The position numbers and the translations under genes were made by a program. The notes beneath the pieces were generated by a model that did not search any database, was not told the DNA's origin, and saw only the letters and a list, made by a program, of their open reading frames with translations. From NCBI GenBank assembly GCA_951406725.2, contig OX597816.1, positions 52,142,001-52,206,000 of the forward strand: a DNA stretch of 64,000 bases. Direction: 5' to 3'. The stretch comes from Octopus vulgaris (taxonomy: Eukaryota). Of the stretch, positions 39,543 to 52,078 are shown in pieces. Positions within the stretch are counted from its first letter, which is position 1; each line of letters starts with the position of its first letter.

Positions 39543-39606
39543 GACTCGCTGATGAAGCCAGCCTTAGCAAACATATTCTGTGTTTTGAGAAACCGCGGTG
39601 CGAGTT
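39543..39606 (+). ncRNA. Mutated hammerhead copy
   Basis: Same motif with a 12-nt deletion in stem II, and GTG instead of GTA at the cleavage triplet. Confidence 0.7.
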
Positions 39607-39923
39607 GTTAAAGTTATCGGTAAACTCGGCATCTTTATTTAGGAGCCCTTAATTGTATAACCACATGAATAATATTTTTCTATATGAATAATATTTTTGT
39701 CTTATGACTAATTCGTCTTTTGTGCTGGGCACCTGGTAGTAAATAATATTACTACCCTTCTTGCTTATATTCGCATACTACATGATGAATTTATTCGTAA
39801 AATTCTTCCCGGCATGCCCGTGTAAATTTTGCGTCTGCGCAGAGATTTGAAAAGTTAAGATCTGCTAGTAGTCGGGTTTAACATATAGCCCCACATCGCT
39901 GCAGACCTCGATTAAATTCAGGC

Positions 39924-39999
39924 GACTCGCTGATGAAGCCAGCCTTAGCAAACATATTCTGTGTTTTGCTAGAAAGAAGCAGAAACCGCGGTACGAGTT
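39924..39999 (+). ncRNA. Type-I hammerhead ribozyme motif (intact core)
   Basis: GACTCG 39924-29, CTGATGA 39930-36, stem II with TAGCAAA/TTTGCTA helix, GAAA 39982-85, CCGCGG, TA, CGAGTT 39994-99. Confidence 0.85.
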
Positions 40000-40096
40000 G
40001 TTAAAGTTATCGGTAAACGTTTTTGATTTTCACTCTCGATAAATTCATCCCCTTTTTGTGTCCCCAGCACTCGGCATCTTTATTTAGGAGCCCTTA

Positions 40097-40141
<45 letters not shown>

Positions 40142-40175
40142 CATACATATATATATATATATATATATACATGCA

Positions 40176-40250
<75 letters not shown>

Positions 40251-40251
<1 letters not shown>

Positions 40252-40645
40252 GGCACAGGAGTGGCTGTGTGGTAAGTAGCTTGTTTACCAACCACATGGT
40301 TCCGGCTTCAATCCCACTGGTGGCATCTTGGGCAAGTGTCTTCTACTATAGCCTCGGGCCGACCAAAGCCTTGTGAGTGGATTTGGTAGACGGAAACTGA
40401 AATAAGCCCATCGTATATATGTATATATATGTGTACGTGCGTGTGCGTTTGTGTGTCTGTGTTTGTCCCCTAGTATTGCTTGACAACCGATGCTGGTGTG
40501 TTTATGTCCCCGTCACTTAGCGGTTCGGCAAAAGAGACCGATGGAATAAGTACTGGGCTTACAAAGAATAAGTCCCGGGGTCAAGTTGCTTGATTAAAGG
40601 CAGTGCTCCAGCATGGCCGCAGTCAAAATGACTGAAACAAGTAAT
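40251..40645 (+). mobile_element. SINE family B, full length
   Basis: tRNA-like head, internal microsatellite and conserved tail. Confidence 0.9.
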
Positions 40646-40659
40646 ATAGATAGATAGTA

Positions 40660-40729
<70 letters not shown>

Positions 40730-40853
40730 TTCCCTGTAGGCACAGCCTGAAGATTCCATGAAGGCGTCACACGTTTTAAAAAATGGTGTTACTGTCTGAA
40801 ATACTTTTATCTCATGAAACTACTAGTAATTCATATTGTGTTTAAAATTACTT

Positions 40854-40854
<1 letters not shown>

Positions 40855-40910
<56 letters not shown>

Positions 40911-40963
40911 GTGTGTGTGATAATATACAAACATGTGTATCTGTTAATTATGTTTGCATATAT

Positions 40964-41031
<68 letters not shown>

Positions 41032-41036
41032 TATAA

Positions 41037-41093
<57 letters not shown>

Positions 41094-41162
41094 TATACAT
41101 ATATATACATATATATACATTTATATACATAAAATATATATACATATACTTTTATATATATA

Positions 41163-41218
<56 letters not shown>

Positions 41219-41268
41219 GGGGTGTGTGTGATAATATACAAACATGTGTATCTGTTAATTATGTTTGC

Positions 41269-41299
<31 letters not shown>

Positions 41300-41310
41300 T
41301 ATACATGCAT
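40855..41310. repeat. Compound microsatellite with a duplicated ~50-bp unique spacer
   Basis: ggggtgtgtgtgataatatacaaacatgtgtatctgttaattatgtttgcat occurs near 40907 and 41219. Confidence 0.9.
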
Positions 41311-41981
41311 AAAGTACGTATGAGTGCTTAGATGTTTGTTTATCATTGCAAACAAATTTATATCCTCACTCCCACCTTAAACCAAATTAATATCTTCTTT
41401 GGAATGGGCCGCTATTTTTGTTGTTGATATCCATTTCTGGTTTTTCTTTGTGATATATTTACTATAATACACACACATATATTACTCTATTGCCTCTGAA
41501 CACAGCATTCCTCAGTAATTACCTTCTTCAAATATCATAATAAATAAACTATGAAATAATTTGGCATCCAGGTTAGCTTCAGATATCGATTTGTCTATTA
41601 ATTATCGGATAGCAAAAAAAAGTTCTTATAGAATAAAAATTCCAAATAGCTTTTAAATCTATTTGCTTTTTTATCTTAATATCTATATATACATATATTA
41701 TATAGTACATAGATACATAGATAGACAGACAGACACATATAGATAGATATGCATTGATATATGTGTACATGTGTAGTTATATGTTCTATAATAGTTTGTA
41801 TGTGTGAATGTATCCGTTACTTGATCTTAAAGCTTGTTTGTTTGTCTGGGTGCTTAAGTATCTTTATTTCAATTTATTTTTCTCTAATAGTTTGTGTGCA
41901 AAGGTATATCAGAAATATTCACCTCTGCTCACACACACATAGATATATGCATGTATGAACATATATATACTTGTGTGTGTT

Positions 41982-42014
<33 letters not shown>

Positions 42015-42610
42015 GTATGTGTGTTTATATGTCTATAATGAACATCTGCATACTTGTGTGTATATATATGTACATATACATATATATTTGTATATGTATA
42101 TGTATGTGTGCGTATGTATAAATGTATATACGTATGTATGTTATGTATATATATATTTGTGTGCATACTACAAATAGTCATAGCTATAAAATGTACAAAT
42201 GGTGACTAGTAATTTGATATGTCTGCTGATATGAATATATTTTTGTGTTTTAGTGAGAGGGTTTCCATATTTCTATGTAACGTTTTACACATAATTTACA
42301 AATGTATCTGTGAATACATAAAATCTGTATAGAATAGTATATCAGATTATGAATAGACGAATTCAAACTTTTACAGCTGAGATACACGCACATTTATACA
42401 TTCTACTGTTCTTATATCCCGCCCAAATGGCGGAAAATACTTCAGAAATATCTCCTAAACTTACATCACCATTCTATTACTAAAAATATATAAAACATTG
42501 TAGTTCCTCTAGCAGAATCATTACCATTTTTGTTTCATGCCCCTATGATAAAATAAATGGGGTAAATAAAATAAATTATTATTATTATGATCATTATTAT
42601 TATTATTATT

Positions 42611-42810
42611 TTATGTTTGACTTTTGCTTTACATTTGTATAAGTTGACTGAAAATCTCACCCAGAGACCTCAAGAGACAAGTTGGAAGTTCATGTTGGTG
42701 TTATGCCTAGGGTACTATATATTTGGTTTTGTACATAGTGTTGTTCTAGAGAATGTTTAAGAAAACATAAGGAAATTATGTGGTTGTTTTAAAACTTGAG
42801 ATTACATAGA
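42611..42810 (-). mobile_element. Short 3' end of a (TAA)n-associated non-LTR element (R4/Dong-like)
   Basis: Homologous to 47965-48143 (+) and 53104-53270 (-). All three abut (TAA)n. Confidence 0.65.
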
Positions 42811-42818
42811 GTATTATA

Positions 42819-42895
<77 letters not shown>

Positions 42896-42916
42896 CATTA
42901 TTATTATTATTAAATA

Positions 42917-43212
42917 ATAGAGCAGTACATGCTATCACACTGACACTGGGGCAAAATATACGAAACCCAGTATACCCATCATGACTAACCGTCTGATAAG
43001 GTTATACTAGACACATGCATCACAACCTTAAGTGCACGTGATGTTAATCTCATATAATAACTGAGCCCCCGTTAGAATTTTTCTCGGGTCGAGTAGCCCA
43101 TCCGCTCAAATGGTCCCTGAATAAGGGGTGGTAAGGATGTTGAACGAAACACTCACGTTTCTAAGGGTGAATTATTCAAGCCCCAAAGAATTCTTCTAAA
43201 CGCACGGCTATA
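42917..43212 (-). mobile_element. 5'-truncated copy of the ~550-bp (AAT)n-tailed element
   Basis: Homologous to 50036-50522 and 51527-52078. Confidence 0.8.
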
Positions 43213-43224
43213 CTTTTATACATA

Positions 43225-43731
43225 CATGCCTCCGTTAATCTTCCCACACGGTCTCACACTCAACACGGAGGCCTGCTTCAAGTGCCTGGAGGTAGTACTA
43301 CCTTGGGTCAAGTGAGTGGTTGCTGGAACCCTGCACCATGCCACAAGCAGGAAACCTCAATTTCTGCGACCACACTACCTTTAACATCTGACCATCTAGC
43401 TCCCCAGATTCCAAGCCCTTTCATTATTATGTGTGGGGCGCAGTTGAGCGAGAGTCCAACAAAACTCCTTGTAGCATCAAAAATAGACTTAAGGCAAGGA
43501 TTATGGCAGCATTCACCAACTTAAAGAAGGAGACCATCCAGAAAAGTTACAGGATATTCCGAAGTCGCCTGGAGGTTGTGGTTGAAACCAATGGCAATTT
43601 TCTTGAATAATTTAATCTTTAGTATTTCAAGATATTTTAATGTAATTTTGGTAAATATATATGTTAAAATGAGATGTCAGTGTTATTTTCATTTTTGCGT
43701 AATTTAGACGACAGTTTTTCCATCGCACTCC
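43225..43731 (+). mobile_element. 3' fragment of the same Tc1/mariner family as 33961-34820
   Basis: Reverse-complement similarity to 33961-34510, including the TIR region. Confidence 0.85.
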
Positions 43732-43751
43732 GTGTGCGTGTGTGTGTGTGG

Positions 43752-43798
<47 letters not shown>

Positions 43799-43803
<5 letters not shown>

Positions 43804-44157
43804 GCGTATATTTAGGGATAACTACTAAGTGAATAACCAATATACTAGAAGAAGATCACGTACGATCTAACTACAAAGAAAATAATGTTCTCTAGAGAAA
43901 TTCAGCAGACAGCAGAACATAAGCGGGTAAGGCAGATGAAAATATATAAAAATCCAGAATTAATCGTTGACCGATTTCGTCTATTACCGATAATTACTTA
44001 CGTAATTTTTCGTCCGTAGACTCCTCAGTACGATCGTTCCGAATTGCGTGTTGAATTTCTGTAGAGAAGATTCTTTTCTTTGTAGTTAGATCGTATGTGA
44101 TCTTCTTCTAGCATATTGGCTATCCACTTAGTGGTTATCCCTAAATATACGGATGTA
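43799..44157. mobile_element. Fold-back element (arms about 43799-43906 / 44049-44157) with a hammerhead in the spacer
   Basis: Diverged inverted arms with (TA)n on the left. Confidence 0.85.
43963..44034 (-). ncRNA. Minimal type-I hammerhead ribozyme motif
   Basis: ATCGTA-CTGAGGA-GTCTA..AATTAC-GTAA-GTAATT..TAGAC-GAAA-TCGG-TC-AACGAT. Confidence 0.82.
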
Positions 44158-44263
44158 TTGCAATTTTTTCTGATTTTTCAGATTTTTCTATATGCTAGGC
44201 TACTGGTTTTAAAATGATATTAATTAAATTAATATTCAATTTATCACTCTCGTTATTTAAATT

Positions 44264-44572
<309 letters not shown>

Positions 44573-45157
44573 CATATATGCATACATACACACACCATTT
44601 ATACATTTTATATATAGTAGAAATAACTTTTTTTGTTTGTATTTTCTGTCTATTTGCTGTCTGCGTGTATGTCTGTAATTGACAAAGTTAAGGCAGGATG
44701 TAACAGACAGAAATTAACAGCTGAAATTATTATAATTCTCTCATTCATTCATCTATTTATTTATTCCAGCATTCATTCAATCAGTACAATTAATTTAATA
44801 AACGAATAAACAGTCCTAAACATACTAAATCTCACTTGCAAAATTGTTTTCAATTGATCAAATAACACGATCAAAAACCACAAACTTTCCACCCCGACAC
44901 CCAATTACAGACACACACATCTACCGTCTACATCATTCCCACCTTCACCAACGTCACCCATAACCTTCGACTATGTAAACTATATAAACAACACCACAAC
45001 TTCCTCATCACCAATATCAATGAGCAATCACCACACCTCAATTATTTCCAACACTCATTTGTATCGACGTTGCTAGACACCACGTCTGTACATACATACA
45101 TGCGTACATACATACGTGCATGCATACACGCATACATAATGCATATGTGTGTGTGTG

Positions 45158-45325
45158 TGGTGGCACATGGCTTAGTGGTTAGAGCAGCAGGATCGCGGTC
45201 GAGGGATCGCGGGTACGAATCTCAGACCGGGCGATATGTGTACTTATGAGCGAAAAACCCAAGCTCCACGCGGCTCCGGCAGAAGGTAATGGTGAACTTC
45301 TGCTGACTCTTTCGCCACAATTTTC
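45158..45325 (+). mobile_element. tRNA-derived SINE family C, 5' part
   Basis: Head and aagctccacg.ggctccggcag centre as in the copy at 14999. Confidence 0.8.
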
Positions 45326-45480
45326 TGAGATGCAGCACGTATTTTTGCCAGTGAACAGGTCGCGGTCTTAAAGCGACGAAAATATTTTGACAAATTAAAC
45401 TTAAATGTTGAAGTGAATCGAACGGCTTTTGTGTGTTTCTTAAATGGCTTACAAACACCTTCCACGCTGCAATTGTTTAT

Positions 45481-45572
<92 letters not shown>

Positions 45573-45622
45573 AAATATAGATATATAGATATAGACACAC
45601 ACATACATATATATATATATAA

Positions 45623-45668
<46 letters not shown>

Positions 45669-45913
45669 GATGATCTTATTAATAAATAACAATAACATAG
45701 GTGGCTAGTTAGCAAGAATAAAATCAAAACACAAATAACAGATATATAAATAAAGGTACTTGATAGCACCATTTTTGCTAGAAATAGGATTCAAAATCGA
45801 CTCAGTTAGCCACGAGCACTGAAAGTTAAGAAGCTGACGAAATCGTGCACAAATCTCATAGCAGTATCTATAACATCAGCAGCAGCAGCAATAAGTATGA
45901 GGAGATTCAATAT

Positions 45914-45927
45914 TATGATGATGATAG

Positions 45928-45985
<58 letters not shown>

Positions 45986-46093
45986 AATAACGTTTATGAT
46001 GATTTTATGAAGACAAGAATGATAGGGCGAAGAAGAAGAAGAACAAAAAGAAAAAGACAAAGAACAAGAAGAACAAGAAGAAGAGAGGAAGAG

Positions 46094-46125
<32 letters not shown>

Positions 46126-46420
46126 GGAAGAGGAAGAGGAAGAGGAGGAGCAGGAAGTAGAAGAAGATGAAGAAGAAGATGAAGAAGAAGAAGAAAATTT
46201 AAGAACAACAACAAAAAGAAAAAGACAAAGAACAAGAAGAACAAGAAGAAGAGAGGAAGAGGAAGAGGAAGAGGAAGAAGAAGAAGAAGAAGAGGGAGAA
46301 GAGGAAGAGGAAGAGGAAGAGGAGGAGCAGGAAGTAGAAGAAGAAGAAGAAGAAGAAGAAGAAGAAGAAAATTGAAGAAGAAGAACAAGAAGAACAAGAA
46401 GAAGAGAGGAAGCGGAAGAG

Positions 46421-46451
<31 letters not shown>

Positions 46452-47085
46452 GAGAAGAGGAAGAGGAAGAGAAAGAGGAGGAGCAGGAAGTAGAAGAAGA
46501 AGAAGAAGAAGAAGAAGAAGAAAATTGAAGAAGAAGAAGAAGAAGAAGAAAATTGAAGAAGAAGAAGAAGACAAAGAACAAGAAGAACAAGAAGAAGAGA
46601 GGAAGAGGAAGAGGAAGAGGAAGAAGAAGAAGAAGAAGAGGGAGAAGAGGAAGAGGAAGAGGAAGAGGAAGAGGAAGAGGAGGAGCAGGAAGTAGAAGAA
46701 GAAGAAGAAGAAGAAGAAAATTGAAGAAGAAGAAGAAGAAAATTGAAGAAGAAGAAGAAGAAGAAAAAGACAAAGAACAAGAAGAACAAGAAGAAGAGAG
46801 GAAGAGGAAGAGGAAGAGGAAGAAGAAGAAGAAGAAGAAGAAGAGGAAGAGGAAGAAGAAAAAGACAAAGAACAAGAAGAACAAGAAGAAGAGAGGAAGA
46901 GGAAGAGGAAGAGGAAGAAGAAGAAGAAGAAGAAGAAGAAGAAGAGGAAGAGGAAGAGAAGAGGAGGAGCAGGAAGTAGAAAAGAGGAAGAAGAAGAAGA
47001 AGAAGAAGAAGAAGAAGAAGAAGAAGAAGAAGAAGAAGAAGAAGAAGAAGAAGAAGAAGAAGAAGAAGAAGAAGAAGAAGAAGAG
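45914..47085. repeat. (GAT)n followed by a ~1.05-kb GAA/GAG polypurine array with higher-order units
   Basis: Recurring landmarks agacaaagaacaagaagaacaag, gagcaggaagtagaag and gaaaattgaag. Confidence 0.95.
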
Positions 47086-47729
47086 GATTGCTCCATAAAG
47101 AAACTACAGAAACTACCCAAAAGTATTGTAAGCTCTTTTTTTAATAGTGACTAAGAGCCATGACAAGATCGAAAACCCATCGGTATCATGAGCACCTTAT
47201 CTCAGTAACACAAGCGTTTGACAACCCTGCAGGCTTCACTTGGGCAGCGAAGACTTAATTAACCCTAGTCTGCTGAACGGTTCCTTCTCCCGTCTCTTGC
47301 CCTCTACAGCCCATCTGTATTGGTCTCAACTGTCATAGCTATCACCTTGATGATCTTTCTTCAGATCTTAACGTTCCACGACAATTTTCTGTTGGAAATA
47401 TCGCACAAATGCAGCTGGAATACCAAGACAGATATTTTAGTAGAAAATGAGGTTGCGTGCTACTCCTTGACATATTCCTCATCGAAAAATGTCTCGATAT
47501 TTGACTTTCTTCTGGTGGTGAGAAATGTCAACACTGTCCTGCCAGGAAAAATAATAAATACACAAGCAACAACAAACAAATATGATTAATTTTTCTAAAA
47601 AATGAAGAACAATAAAGCAATCAAATTATATCACTTCGAAAATAATATTCTAGAAAATATGGAACAAATAACTATTGAATTATATTTTCATTTAATAAGA
47701 ACAACCGTAACATCAATAATAATTCTTTC

Positions 47730-47940
47730 AACTATAAGCACAAGGTCTGAAATTTGGTGGGCGGGCCTAATCAGTTACATTGATCTCAGACCTCGACTGG
47801 TACTTATTTTATCGGTCTCGGAGGGATGAAAGGTAGAGTCGACCTGAGCGGCATTTGAAATCAAAACGTGAAGACGGAAAAAAAATGCCATTAAGCAATT
47901 TATACGGGGTGTTGACATTTCTGCCAGCTCATCGGTTTAG
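47730..47940 (-). mobile_element. Older SINE family A variant
   Basis: Diverged core (ggatgaaaggtagagtcgacc) and head. Confidence 0.7.
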
Positions 47941-47964
47941 CAACAAAAACCAAATACGATAATA

Positions 47965-48139
47965 AAACACAATTTTCTTATGGTTTCTTAAACATTCTCT
48001 AGAACATTACTATGTACAAAACCAAATATATGACACCCTAAGCATAACACCAACATGAACTTCTAGCTTGTTGTCTCTTGAGGTCTCTGGGTGAGACTTG
48101 GCGCCAACTTGTACAAATTCAAAGAAAATGTCAAACATA

Positions 48140-48143
<4 letters not shown>
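47965..48143 (+). mobile_element. Short 3' end of a (TAA)n-associated non-LTR element
   Basis: Reverse complement of 42611-42810; followed by (AAT)n. Confidence 0.7.
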
Positions 48144-48183
<40 letters not shown>

Positions 48184-48241
48184 TTAATAATAATAATAAT
48201 AATACCAACAACAACAACAACAACAATAATAATAATAATAC

Positions 48242-48660
48242 CACCATGAGATAGGGAATAGGAAGCCAGACGTAGTCTTAATTGAGAAAGACAGCAAACT
48301 ATGCTGGATCATAGATATAGCATGCCCAGCTGACAACAAGGTATGCGATAAGGAAGAAAGAAAAGTCGATAGATATGACAGGTTAGCTTGGGAGGTTAAG
48401 CAGTTGGGGTCAATGAAAAAGGTAGTAGTAGTGCCAATGATTGTCGGAGCCCTGGGAACAATGAGCAAAGGTCTCCAGAAGTACGTGGAACAGATAGGGA
48501 CTGCAATAAGGGTGGAGCACTTGCAGAAAACAGCACTTCTTAGAACCGCTCGAATATTCGGGAAGGTGCTCGAAAAGTAAGGGATGTTACCTTAGTTCAC
48601 TGGTAGTGAACAGCTGACACCGTAATACATCTCCAACGTTAGAAGATGTACAAAGGTAAG
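48242..48660 (+). mobile_element. R4/Dong-clade 3' fragment encoding the restriction-like endonuclease C-terminus (open frame 48242-48580)
   Basis: Manual translation: NRKPDVVLIEK..CWIIDIACP.D..K..RY..L..EVKQL...VVPMIVGALGT...LQKTALL.TARI. Confidence 0.85.
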
Positions 48661-48850
48661 AAGACAAGAATGATACGACGACGAAGAAGAAGGGGAAGAA
48701 GGAGAAGAAGAAGAACAAGAAGAACAAGAACAAGAACAAGAACAAGAACAAGAACAAGAACAAGAAGAGGAGGAAGAAGAAGAAGAAGAAGAAGAAGAAG
48801 AAGAAGAAGAAGAAGAAGAAGAAGAAGAAGAAGAAGAAAAAGAAGAAGAA
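48660..48850. repeat. (GAA)/(GAACAA) repeat
   Basis: Seen directly. Confidence 0.9.
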
Positions 48851-48974
48851 TCCCTTTTACTATAGGCGCAATGCCTGAAATGTGGGGAGGAGACTAGTCG
48901 ATCGCGTCGCCCCCAGTGTTTCACTACTAGTTAATTTATCGACTCCGAAAGGATGAAAGAGAAAGTCTAACACT

Positions 48975-49700
48975 CTTGGGTGGTGATTGCTGCTATTTGT
49001 TGGCCTCAAGTTTCCGCAGGTTCGTCCTCTTGACGATTTCTGTAAGGGATCTGTCATGCTTCCTCTTATACCGATCGTTCCCCAGTGCCGTAATGCAAAC
49101 GGTCAAAATGTGGTTCAGATGCAGAGAGTTGTATCACACTGTTTGCAATATGGGTCTTCCTCTTGGCGCTATATTTTGAGGTTAGCAGAGGCTGGCAATG
49201 GCTTAGCGACTCTACATAACAGGAATAATAATTTTCCCGAGCCAATACGCTAGAGTTACTTCAGTACCCGTTTTTTCTTGGTAAGCAAGACCTGTCGCTT
49301 TGACAATGCGATCCTCCTCATTTCAATGACGACTTCTTTCTACTTGGATCTCTCTGTAAACCATGGCATTGGCATTTTCCACTTCTTGGCACTGTAGTTG
49401 CCAAGTCCTAACCCTCCTGGGCTTCCAGAAAAGTACTGCTTTCTTCAAAGCTTTCTGATCCTCGATTTCTGCCACCCAGTATAGTCTTGTCCTGTCTGAC
49501 TTTCTAATCCTTTGATAGCAGCAATATGTTAATTGCACTTACTTTCACGGTAAATGATGAAATTGCTAGAGGTATTATAAAGTTCTTGCTGTACAAGATG
49601 GCCCAACTAAAAGTTGGGGAAATCCTAACCACCTTCTCACGTATTTACTGCACTACGTCTACACTGGCACCACCTGAGCGATGGCATTGACATAAAGCAA
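48975..49700 (-). pseudogene. Decayed R2-group (HERO-like) non-LTR retrotransposon fragment
   Basis: Manual translation LLFLLCRV..PLPASANL..EEDPYCKQC..LNHILTVC..ALG..RY..KHD resembles the CCHC knuckle upstream of RLE domains. Confidence 0.65.
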
Positions 49701-49756
49701 GAATGTATTTCTTTATTAGCAGTGCTCATTTATTAGCTTTCTGCCAAAATAAGAAT

Positions 49757-49980
49757 GAAAAGCGGTGAGCTGGCAGAATCGGTAGGGCGTCAGAAGAAAC
49801 GTTTTGCCTTATGTATTCTAACTCTTAATTTTCTAAGTTGAAAAACCGTAAACGTCAATTTTGGCATACATCCTTCCGGAGTCGATAAAACATAGAACCA
49901 AGGAAGTACTAAGGTCGATGGAATCGACTTACCTTTTCCTCTAAAAATCGCTAGCCTTGTGCCTAATTCAGAAATTATTA
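49757..49980 (+). mobile_element. Older SINE family A variant ending in (ATT)n
   Basis: Head gcggtgagctggcagaatcg and tail gccttgtgcct. Similar copies at 48858-48970 (-), 51278-51495 and 53332-53650. Confidence 0.7.
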
Positions 49981-49981
49981 A

Positions 49982-50021
<40 letters not shown>

Positions 50022-50035
50022 TTATTATTGTTATT

Positions 50036-50521
50036 GAGTGAGAGAGCAGTGCATGTCATCAAAGTGACACTGGGGTAAAATGTACGAAGCCCAGTATACC
50101 CATCATGACTACCCGTCTGATAAGGGTACACCAGGCACATGCATCACAACCATATGTGCGCAACATGGTGATCTCATATCAAGATAAACAGCGCATGACC
50201 TTGCAGGTGGGGCCCAGTTAGAATTTTTTTCTGGTCGAGTAGCCCATCCCGCTCAAAAGGTCCTTGAATAAGAATTATTTATGGATGTTGAGCGAACCAC
50301 CCATGTTTCCAAACGTGAATTATCCAAACCCCTGAGAATTCCTTTCAACGCACGGCTATGATGCTCCCCCACTACTTCTGCTTGTGAAAAGAGATGCACA
50401 TATCGTCAGCCACTAAGGGATATGGTCAACTGGTTAAGGTCAAACAACTGACAAGCAAATCTGCGGTATTGAGCAGAATATTTGCTGTAGCCCATCTTTT
50501 ATACCAAGATGAAACAATGTA

Positions 50522-50522
<1 letters not shown>
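50036..50522 (-). mobile_element. (AAT)n-tailed non-coding retroposon copy
   Basis: High similarity to 51527-52015; flanked by (ATT)n on both sides. Confidence 0.85.
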
Positions 50523-50579
<57 letters not shown>

Positions 50580-51526
50580 GTTATTATTATTATTATTAAA
50601 TGAAAATACGATTGTACAGTTCTATGATATTATCTCGAATATTTGTTTGAGTTGATGTAATTTCATTGCTTTTATTTTCTTTGTTATTTTTAATTTGTAT
50701 TTGTTTTTATTTCATTATTATTTTTGTTTGTTTTTATTATATTCCTATTTCTAATCGATATAATTGTTTGGCTTTTTTTAAAAACTGATGATGGGCCGCA
50801 GATGGGGTTAATATTATTTTGAGTTTTGTTTTTTTTTTATGTCGGTGTGGGTGAAAGGGGTGTAGTTCTTTTTTTTTCATTTTTCTATTGCCTTCATATT
50901 GTTATTTTGTTATTTTATTATTGAATTTCCCCCTATACCCCACTACTTCTCCTACTACAACTACTCCACCGTATTTCCGTCGATTAGATTTATTGGTTAT
51001 TCTATATGTTACTTTAATAATTTCTTATATAACTCCATCTAAATATTATTGCAAATTGAATTATAACACGGCTGGTTTTTTTTTTTTCTTTTTCCTCTCT
51101 TATTAATTTTTTTTCACGCACTTTATTGTTATTTCATTTTCCAGAGAAGTTTTTGGCTCTTAACGGAAGTTATCAGTTACCGGTTTATTATTATAACAAA
51201 TAATATTGTTGTTGTTGTTGGTTTTGTTGCCGACATCATCATCATCATTATCATCATCATCATCACTGTCATCATCATTGAAGTGGCGACCGGTAGAATC
51301 GTTAGCACGTCGGGCAAAATGCTTCGTCGGGGAATTTCGTCTGTCGTTCTGAGCTCAAATTCTGTTGAGGTCAACCTTTTCAGTTGTTCGGGGGTCGATT
51401 AAATAACTTTAGTTGTTAAGCACTGGTGTCGATGTCATTGACTAAACCTCCACCTCCAAAATTTCGGGCTATGTGCCTTTAACAGAAAGGATTACTATTA
51501 TTAATATCATTATTATTATTATTATT

Positions 51527-52078
51527 GAGTGAGAGAGCAGTGCATGCCATCAAAGTGACACTGGGGTAAAATATACGAAGCCCAGTATACCCATCATGAC
51601 TACCCGTCTAAGGGTACACCAGGTACATGCATAAACAAACATATGTGCGCAACATGGTGATCTCATATCAAGACATCAGCGCATGACCTTGCAGGTGGGG
51701 CCCAGTTAGAATTTTCTTCTGGTCATGTAGCCCATCCCACTGAAAAGGTCCCTGAATAAAGATTGTTTAAGGATGCTGAACGAACCACCCGTGTTTCCAA
51801 AGGGGAATTATTCAAACCTCAAAGATTTCCTTTCAGTACATGGCTATGATGCTCTCCCACTACTTCTGCTCGTGATCAGAGATGCACATATCGTCAACCA
51901 CTATGGAACATGCTCAACTGGTTAAGGTGAAACAATTGACAAGCAAATCTGTGGTATTGAGCAGAATATTTGCTGTACCCTATTTTTAATACCAAGACAA
52001 ATCAATGTACATGATAACACTTCCAATCAGCTTAGATCAGAACCCACGGGAACCACTGCCTGGTACTGCATCAGGGCA
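51527..52078 (-). mobile_element. Longest copy (about 550 bp) of the (AAT)n-tailed element
   Basis: Shares the gcactgctctctcactc(aat)n end and is flanked by (ATT)n. Confidence 0.85.

Larger units (their letters stand above)
38868..40104. mobile_element. Hammerhead-bearing non-coding element: 445-bp monomer in tandem and inverted arrangement, inserted in (TA)n
   Basis: 38868-39312 is followed by a partial repeat at 39313-39476. Reverse-complement tandem copies follow at 39481-40104, the first with two internal deletions. The copies are nearly identical. Confidence 0.92.

Noticed and set aside
45845-47120. Long acidic, Ser-rich and Arg-rich ORFs (176-371 aa)
   Set aside because: They are read-through of GAT/GAA repeats with no domain content.
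50105-50140. CTGATAAG-ggtacacc as a hammerhead core
   Set aside because: No GAAA or stem III follows, and the core deviates from CUGANGA.
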